Positions 58,041-64,000 of a stretch of DNA of 64,000 nucleotides are shown here, one piece after another. Each line of letters starts with the position of its first letter. Within the stretch, counting starts at the first letter, position 1. This DNA comes from an uncultured Gaiellaceae bacterium (lineage in GTDB: Bacteria; Actinomycetota; Thermoleophilia; Gaiellales; Gaiellaceae): positions 184,576 to 248,575 of the forward strand of contig CAVXQE010000002.1 of assembly GCA_963763755.1 (NCBI GenBank), given 5' to 3'. The notes under the pieces are model-generated. The model searched no databases. It saw only the letters and a program-made list of their open reading frames with translations, and was not told where the DNA came from. The position numbers and the translations under genes are program-made.

Positions 58041-58952
58041 GTGATTACGTCTTGGGCTCGACTGAAATCGCTTTTCCGCGCGGGTTCGCCCGTGCTCGTG
58101 GCAGCGCTCGTCGCGTGCGTTCTACCCGCGACCACAGGTGGAGCGGACGGGAGCGCCAAGGCAGATGGGCTGCAGCACGTGACGCTGATCGGCGACTCTG
58201 TCGCGACCGCGCTTCCCATCGACGACGTCGCGCTGCAGACGCTCCGCTCGGGGGTCGACCTGGATCTGGAGGTGGCGCCGTGCCGGCGGCTTGTGAACCC
58301 GAGCTGTCCTCCGAGCCCGCCCAACACGATGGAACTGATTCGGCAGCGCGGCGCGGCGCTCGGTCCGAACATCGTGATGGTGGTGGGCTACAACGAGTAC
58401 GCGGATGAGTGGGCCGACTCGGTCGACACGACGCTGGACGCGTTCGAGCACATCGGCGTCGAGCACGTCTTCTGGCTCACGATGATCGGCCACGTTCCGT
58501 ATCTGAAGATGAACGACGAGCTGAAGGCCGCGGCAGAGAAGCACCCGAAGCTGACCGTCATCGACTGGTACGTGTACTCGCGCAATCACCCTGATTGGTT
58601 CCAGGACGACGGGTTGCACCTGGGCGGCATCGGTCCTCAGGCGATGGCGAAGCTGATCCGCAAGAAGCTCGTTGACGCCGGCGTGGCGGTGCCGCCGGTC
58701 GTCGTGAAGACGCAGACGCTGCCCGACGCGCGGCATGGAAAGTCATACACGGCTCGGCTCCAGGCCGTATCCGGACGCCGTCCGTACTCGTGGTCAGCCG
58801 TCGGACGGCTCCCGCTCGGACTTCACCTGCGTCCGTCCGGCGTCGTCTGGGGGGTCGCCCGCGCGCGTCCCGGCCGGTTCGTCTTGACCGTGCGGGCGAA
58901 GGATGCGGTCGGTCAGGTCGACACTCGCAAGCTCGTGCTTCGCCTTCGCTAG
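58041..58952 (+). CDS. secreted SGNH/GDSL-type hydrolase-like protein with C-terminal Ig-like domain
   Basis: GTG start and the signal LVAALVACVLPATTGGADG. HVTLIGDSVATAL is the block I GDS. The last about 90 aa (TLPDARHGKSYTARLQAVSGRRPYSWSAV...) are Ig-like. The N-domain is paralogous to 61414..62481. Confidence 0.65.
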   Translation: MITSWARLKSLFRAGSPVLVAALVACVLPATTGGADGSAKADGLQHVTLIGDSVATALPIDDVALQTLRSGVDLDLEVAPCRRLVNPSCPPSPPNTMELIRQRGAALGPNIVMVVGYNEYADEWADSVDTTLDAFEHIGVEHVFWLTMIGHVPYLKMNDELKAAAEKHPKLTVIDWYVYSRNHPDWFQDDGLHLGGIGPQAMAKLIRKKLVDAGVAVPPVVVKTQTLPDARHGKSYTARLQAVSGRRPYSWSAVGRLPLGLHLRPSGVVWGVARARPGRFVLTVRAKDAVGQVDTRKLVLRLR

Positions 58953-58964
58953 AGCGCCGGGAGC

Positions 58965-60392
58965 GTGCTCTTTCCGACAGTCACCTTCGCGATCTTCTTC
59001 CTGATCGTTCTGCCACTGTCGTGGGCGCTGATGCCGCACCGGCGGGCGTGGCAGGCATGGATCCTGCTCGCGAGCTATGTCTTCTACGCGTGGTGGGACT
59101 GGCGGTTCGTCCTCCTGCTCGGCGCCTCGACGGTCGTCAACCATGTCCTCGCCGTCGCGATCTTCCGAACGAAGCCGATTCGGACGCGGAAGACCCTGCT
59201 CGCGTCGGCGGTGACGTTCGACCTCGCCCTGCTCGGCTACTTCAAGTACGCGGGCTTCTTCGTCACCTCCGCCGAGAACACCCTCAGCAACCTCGGCCTC
59301 GCGGACGCGACCTGGATCGTGAGCGTGACGCTGCCGGTAGGGATCTCCTTCTACACGTTCATGGCGCTCTCGTACGTCATCGACACCTATCGCGGCGAGC
59401 TCGTCCCGGCCTCGTTCATGCGCTTTGCCGTCTTTCAGGCCTTCTTCCCTCACCTCGTTGCCGGTCCGATCGTGCGCGCCAGCGAATTGCTGCCTCAGCT
59501 CGAGTCGCCGCGCGATCCTCGCCGGGTCGACTCGGGGCGAGCGTTCCTCCTCATTCTCAGCGGCCTCTTCCTGAAGGTGGTGATTGCGAACCACCTCGCG
59601 ACCGCCATCGTCGACGACGTCTTCGCCGCGCCGGAAGCGCACTCGTCGCTCGAGGTCCTCGTCGGGGTCTACGCCTACGCCGTCCAGATCTTCGCCGACT
59701 TCTGCGGCTACACGAACATCGCCATCGGAGTCGCGCTGCTGCTGGGGTTCCGGTTTCCGCAGAACTTTGCCTCGCCGTACACGGCGGTTTCGCTGCAGGA
59801 CTTCTGGCGCCGTTGGCACATGACGCTGTCCCGCTGGCTCCGCGACTACCTCTACATCCCACTCGGGGGCAGCCGGAAGGGTCGGTTGGTGACGTACCGG
59901 AACCTGATGATCACGATGCTGCTCGGCGGTCTCTGGCACGGGGCCGCGTGGACGTTCGTCATCTGGGGCGGCATCCACGGTGTGGGGCTCGCGTGCGAGC
60001 GTTTCGTCCGCGACCGCCGCGCGGCTCGGGGCCTCCCCGAGCCGCCGGACACCGCCCGTCGCCGGTGGGTCGGCCGGATCGTCACGTTCCACGTCGTCTG
60101 CTTCGCGTGGATCTTCTTCCGCGCGAGCTCGTTCGAACGCGCCGGTGAGGTGATCACGCAGCTGTTCACCGCGTGGGGCCGGCCTTCACCGCTCGTCACG
60201 ACATCCGTCCTGGTTGCGATCCTGGTCGGTATCGGCGGCCAGTACGTCCGGCCGACGACGTTCGCCCGGGTCATGCAGGGATTCCAACGCCTGCCGGCCG
60301 TGGCGCAGGCAGCTTCTCTCGCCGTCGGGCTGATGGTCATCGACACGCTCGGTCCGCAGGGCGTCGCCCCCTTCATCTACTTCCGGTTCTGA
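58965..60392 (+). CDS. MBOAT-family membrane O-acyltransferase (AlgI/DltB/PatA-like)
   Basis: Intact 475-aa ORF with LPVGISFYTFMALSYVIDTYRG, FFPHLVAGPIVRA, DFWRRWHMTLSRWLRDYLYIPLGGSR and LGGLWHGAAW (conserved His). Confidence 0.9.
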   Translation: MLFPTVTFAIFFLIVLPLSWALMPHRRAWQAWILLASYVFYAWWDWRFVLLLGASTVVNHVLAVAIFRTKPIRTRKTLLASAVTFDLALLGYFKYAGFFVTSAENTLSNLGLADATWIVSVTLPVGISFYTFMALSYVIDTYRGELVPASFMRFAVFQAFFPHLVAGPIVRASELLPQLESPRDPRRVDSGRAFLLILSGLFLKVVIANHLATAIVDDVFAAPEAHSSLEVLVGVYAYAVQIFADFCGYTNIAIGVALLLGFRFPQNFASPYTAVSLQDFWRRWHMTLSRWLRDYLYIPLGGSRKGRLVTYRNLMITMLLGGLWHGAAWTFVIWGGIHGVGLACERFVRDRRAARGLPEPPDTARRRWVGRIVTFHVVCFAWIFFRASSFERAGEVITQLFTAWGRPSPLVTTSVLVAILVGIGGQYVRPTTFARVMQGFQRLPAVAQAASLAVGLMVIDTLGPQGVAPFIYFRF

Positions 60393-60395
60393 GCG

Positions 60396-61433
60396 ATGAA
60401 CATCCGCCTCAACGCTGCCAGTCGTGCCATCGTCGTCTACGTGCTCGCGCTCGCGTTCGCGTCGCTGCTGAACGCGGAAGGGATTCGCAAGACGGCCCAA
60501 ACCCAACCCGACGGGGCCCGTCGCGATCTGGCACTCCGCGCCACGTCTCCACTCGTCCAGGTCAGCCGCTTTCTCCACGTGACGACGCCGCGCCACGAGC
60601 TGAATGCGGCGATCGGTCGTGAGCACGAGGATGAGATCGATACGGACGTCCACTTCGCGGCGCCTCCCGTCCCGATCGCGCCACACGATCGCGTTCCCGT
60701 CGACCGGGCGCCGAGCCGGCCCGGGAAGACCGCTCCGGCCGCCAATGCCCCAACCCCCCAAAGACCGGTGTTCGATGCGACGCGGCCGCTGCGGGTGTGG
60801 ATCGCCGGCGACTCGCTGATCGAGGTGCCTGGACAGGCGATCCAACGGGCGGCAGGGCCGGAGACAGCGGTCAAGGTGCTCGGCGTGGAGAGCCGTCTCT
60901 CCACGGGGCTCAGCCGCCCCGACCTCTACAACTGGTTCGGGCGTTTCGGCGAGGCGATCTCGGAGTTGCGCCCGTCTGTGGTGGTCTTCTCCTTCGGCGC
61001 CGACGACGCCCACGATTTCATGGCCGGCGTGCCCGGGGGGCGCAAGCTCGGGCCGCTCGGCAGCCCGAGCTGGAACGCCGAATACCGACGTCGTGTCGAC
61101 GGCGTCACCCGGGAGTTCGGAGCGTCGGGGATCTCGACCGTGTGGCTCGGGCTCCCGATCCCCTCCGGCAGCGGCTACGCGCGGAGCTTCCCGGTCGTCA
61201 ATGCGATCCTGCGGTCCGTCGCCAGGGCGCATCCGAAGACGTCGAGGTACGTCGACACCTGGCACCTGCTCGACAGCCCGAGCGGGAAGTACACGCAATA
61301 TCTCCGTCTCGGCGGTAAGGTCACCCTCTTGCGGTCGGCGGACGGCATCCACTTCACGGACGCTGCGGGGGATCTGATCGCCGTGGAGGTGATGGAGGCA
61401 TTTCGGGAGCTCTATGACCTTCCCCGGCCGTAG
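60396..61433 (+). CDS. DUF459-like SGNH hydrolase/acyltransferase partner of MBOAT
   Basis: N-terminal anchor AIVVYVLALAFASLL, then LRVWIAGDSLIEVPG, VVVFSFGADD and ADGIHFT (SGNH blocks I, III, V). It starts 4 nt after the MBOAT stop. Confidence 0.75.
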   Translation: MNIRLNAASRAIVVYVLALAFASLLNAEGIRKTAQTQPDGARRDLALRATSPLVQVSRFLHVTTPRHELNAAIGREHEDEIDTDVHFAAPPVPIAPHDRVPVDRAPSRPGKTAPAANAPTPQRPVFDATRPLRVWIAGDSLIEVPGQAIQRAAGPETAVKVLGVESRLSTGLSRPDLYNWFGRFGEAISELRPSVVVFSFGADDAHDFMAGVPGGRKLGPLGSPSWNAEYRRRVDGVTREFGASGISTVWLGLPIPSGSGYARSFPVVNAILRSVARAHPKTSRYVDTWHLLDSPSGKYTQYLRLGGKVTLLRSADGIHFTDAAGDLIAVEVMEAFRELYDLPRP

Positions 61434-62481
61434 CTCGCTGATCGCTCTCGGCGCGTGCATCGCGATCAGCCTTGCGTTCGCACCGACGGCAACGGTCGCC
61501 GCCGATCAGGTGGTGCCGCGGCCGAACCACGTCACGCTGATCACCGACTCGGTCGGCGGCATTCTCTTCTGGGCGACCGGGCCGCGCGAGCAGCTGGCCG
61601 AAGACATCGATCTCGATCTTCAGGTGAAGACGTGCCGCAAGCTTGCGAGCCCGGGCTGTCCCGCCCTCGGGGACGCCGCGCCCGAGAGCGCGCTCGCGAC
61701 GATCCGCCGGCTGGGAACGAGCCTGGGTCGGACCGTCTTCGTCGACGTCGGTTACAACGACTTCTCCTCCACCTACGCCGACGGCCTCGACGAGGTCATG
61801 GCGGCACTGGTCGCCGCGGGCGTCGAGCGTGTCGGTTGGATCACGCTCGAAGAGTTCCAGGGGACGTGGAAGGAGATCAATGACGTGATTCGCGCCGCGC
61901 CCCAGCGCTGGCCACAGCTGACGGTGGTCGACTGGGCAGCCGCCTCAGCAGGGAAGCCGTGGTTCGTCGACATCGCGCACATGAACTACGACGGGGCCAT
62001 CGGCTTCGCCTCGTTCCTGCGTCCGTACGTGGTCGGCGCCTGCGGTCCGCCGTGCGCCGCGCCGCGGTTCTGTGGACTCGTTCGCAGCGCGCAGGTGTTC
62101 GTGCCGGCGAGCGCCACGGGCGAGATCGCCTGCAGCGAGACCCTGAGCGCGGCCGCGGCGATCAAGCGGGGAGAGCCGGGGGAATGGGACTGCTCGCCCG
62201 TCGGAATCGGGTCCGAGCTCGACTGCTGGCGCGGAGCCGTGAAGGTTCGTCTGCACGAGCGCGCACCGGTCGCGGCCGTCCGTCAAGGCGGTGTCGTCAA
62301 ACTCGCGAACTGGTCGTTTCGCGTGTCGCGCGACGTGCTCCAGGGCCGGCGCGACGGGCGGAGCTGGATCGTGCTGGGGCATCGGCCCTTCTGTGTGCCC
62401 GTCGCGCCGCGCGGGGTGCTCGCGGCACTTCGACTCAAGGCGCTGCGAGCGAACGCCAACTGCTTCGTCCCGCGCGGCTGA
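61414..62481 (+). CDS. secreted SGNH-like protein, paralogue of the 58041..58952 N-domain, with Cys-rich C-terminal domain
   Basis: Signal LIALGACIAISLAFAPTATVAA. HVTLITDSVGGIL...DLDLQVKTCRKLASPGC...VGYNDF... parallels HVTLIGDSVATAL...DLDLEVAPCRRLVNPSC...VGYNEY. Confidence 0.6.
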   Translation: MTFPGRSSLIALGACIAISLAFAPTATVAADQVVPRPNHVTLITDSVGGILFWATGPREQLAEDIDLDLQVKTCRKLASPGCPALGDAAPESALATIRRLGTSLGRTVFVDVGYNDFSSTYADGLDEVMAALVAAGVERVGWITLEEFQGTWKEINDVIRAAPQRWPQLTVVDWAAASAGKPWFVDIAHMNYDGAIGFASFLRPYVVGACGPPCAAPRFCGLVRSAQVFVPASATGEIACSETLSAAAAIKRGEPGEWDCSPVGIGSELDCWRGAVKVRLHERAPVAAVRQGGVVKLANWSFRVSRDVLQGRRDGRSWIVLGHRPFCVPVAPRGVLAALRLKALRANANCFVPRG

Positions 62482-62730
62482 CGCCGGCGGAAACCCGCCG
62501 GGCGGACGTTGAGCACCGCAGCAGTCCGCCTGAGGAGCCCTGAAACCCGGAACTCGCCAGCCGACGCCAGCGCCGGCTGACGTTCAGTCCGCCCCGGGCT
62601 CAGACCTGGCCGAATTCCCTGCGAGAACAGTCAGGACAGTAGAACGCGAGCGCGGCAGGCTCGAAGGAGCTTGCAGATACGCAAAAAGCCTCCGCGTCAC
62701 CTCCGCTGCCACCGTCTGAACGGCCGGTAT

Positions 62731-63933
62731 CTACGTGCGGCCGCGACGCGCGTAGCCGGCGACGGCCAGCATCAGCAGCAGCGCGACACCGACGAGGAAA
62801 AGGTTTCGGGCGAGCAGAGCCCACGAGACGGGCTCGAGCCCGACGAGGTCGCCGTAGCGATCTTGCGACCAAATCTGGGTCGCCACGCAGGCGAGGAGCA
62901 GCAGGAGGGCAGCCGCGAGGCCGCGCCGTCCACGCGCGAGGGGAACCAGCGGTATCAGCCAGATCAGATACTGAGGCGAAAGGACCCGGCCGAAGGCGAC
63001 GTACGCGGCCAGCGCGGCCGCAGAGGCGGTGAGGAACTCGGCCGGACCGCGTCGGCTCCGCGCGAAACACGCCCAGATCACGCAGAGAGCGACGAGCGCG
63101 ACGAGCGAGCTGACCGCGGCGAGCGCGGCGGCACTGGGTCCGGCGAGATTGTGAGAGCTGTGACTTGAGAACACGCGCGGCTGGTAGAGACCGAGTTCTC
63201 CGAGCGCGAGCAAGACGGAGCTGCCGAGACTCTCGATCTGTGGGGGCCGCCGTAGCTGGGACGTGAGCGAGAACCACAGGCCTCCGGCGCCGACGACCGC
63301 CAGTGGGACGAGAATCGCTGCCAGCACCGCTGTGAAAACGCCGAGGGACTGGAGCGCAGCTCGACGACCGCCGTCGCGAGCCGCTCGAAGGAGGAAGATC
63401 GGCAGCAGCACGACCGGGTAGACCTTGGCCGCGGTGGCCGCCGCTAACGTCGCCGACCCGAAACGGTCGCGTCCGCGCATGGCGAGGACCACGGCGGCCA
63501 ACGTCAATACGGCCGGCCAGAAGTCGTAGCGGGCGAACGTGATCCGACCGAGCAAGACGGGCGTGACGGCGAAGAGCAGTGCGGCGACGTAGAGATCACG
63601 CGGTCGGCGGGCGACTGCCGTTGCGGCGACGACGACGAGGACGAGACAGATCGCGCCGAGCACCAGCTGAAGAACCTTCGAGTTGCGCGAATAGTCGCGC
63701 CGATCACCCACCGTCGGCGCGACGAAGACGGGTGCGGCCCCGGGCGGGTACTCCATGTAGAAGTCGGCGTAGGGGATCAGTCCGTCCCTCATGTTCTCCC
63801 CGTACCGCTGGTACAGGGGCGTGTCGCCGAGGTTGGCTGAACGTCCGAGCTGGGCATTCGGCGATGCCGACGCGAGGGCGAACACGAGTAGGCCCACGAG
63901 AACGGCGTAGACGCTATGTCGGCGAAATCTCAA
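62731..63933 (-). CDS. GT87/DUF2029-like polytopic membrane glycosyltransferase
   Basis: Intact 400-aa ORF with PYADFYMEYPPGAAPVF, FARYDFWPAVLTLAAV, AKVYPVVLLP and about 10 TM segments. Confidence 0.7.
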   Translation of the reverse strand: MRFRRHSVYAVLVGLLVFALASASPNAQLGRSANLGDTPLYQRYGENMRDGLIPYADFYMEYPPGAAPVFVAPTVGDRRDYSRNSKVLQLVLGAICLVLVVVAATAVARRPRDLYVAALLFAVTPVLLGRITFARYDFWPAVLTLAAVVLAMRGRDRFGSATLAAATAAKVYPVVLLPIFLLRAARDGGRRAALQSLGVFTAVLAAILVPLAVVGAGGLWFSLTSQLRRPPQIESLGSSVLLALGELGLYQPRVFSSHSSHNLAGPSAAALAAVSSLVALVALCVIWACFARSRRGPAEFLTASAAALAAYVAFGRVLSPQYLIWLIPLVPLARGRRGLAAALLLLLACVATQIWSQDRYGDLVGLEPVSWALLARNLFLVGVALLLMLAVAGYARRGRT

Positions 63934-64000
63934 TCGTCGGTACCTTCCCCGAGACGGCGATCCAGACGTGGTCGAACACCCGGCCGAGGCTACCGCTGCC

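Noticed and set aside
62600-62730. The C-terminal tail ...FYCPDCSRREFGQV of ORF 62600..63277 considered as a small zinc-ribbon protein.
   Set aside because: The ORF is mostly antisense to the well-supported GT87-like gene. Only a single CxxC pair is present, and no start or RBS would define a short independent gene.

Overview
High-GC (about 70-75% by eye) actinobacterial-type chromosomal segment. The asd-ask-recR / ybaB-dnaX synteny is typical of Actinomycetota, and the many LamG/FN3/beta-helix exoproteins suggest a Thermoleophilia-like organism, though that is only a guess.

Layout:
(i) 1-36.7 kb is a cell-envelope glycan and surface-protein locus. It holds GT4/GT2 glycosyltransferases, a methyltransferase, an AsnB-type amidotransferase and a split Alg14/Alg13-like transferase. 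It also holds three secreted beta-helix/FN3/LamG paralogues plus one remnant, and two tandem giant exoprotein genes (about 4.9 kb and 9.2 kb). A polyprenyl-phosphate-sugar-type module (GT2 + FAD oxidoreductase + SDR epimerase + polytopic membrane protein), a flippase-like gene and a Gfo/Idh/MocA oxidoreductase complete it.
(ii) 37-48.3 kb is conserved core: an atypical LuxR response regulator, metallophosphoesterase, asd, ask, recR, an RpoD-like sigma factor, a LysR regulator, an EamA transporter, a serine hydrolase, ybaB and dnaX.
(iii) 48.3-52.4 kb is a small accessory block (VOC protein, AlkZ-like glycosylase, hypothetical, stand-alone SIR2-like protein, MBL hydrolase). It ends at tRNA-Val and a long-form (Alu-domain) SRP RNA.
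(iv) 52.8-55.5 kb holds a GFA protein, M29 aminopeptidase, clpS, a membrane cytochrome c and tRNA-Ser.
(v) 55.5-64 kb holds a collagen-like surface protein and an MBOAT/SGNH O-acylation cluster with a GT87-like membrane glycosyltransferase.

No CRISPR array, rRNA, transposase, integrase or reverse transcriptase was seen.

Major caveat: most genes in the first 30 kb, and a few elsewhere including dnaX and the RpoD-like sigma factor, are broken by single-base indels. Every junction I inspected lies in a short homopolymer run. Their coordinates are therefore reconstructed across frames and approximate. Many long ORFs in the supplied track are off-frame or antisense high-GC artefacts.
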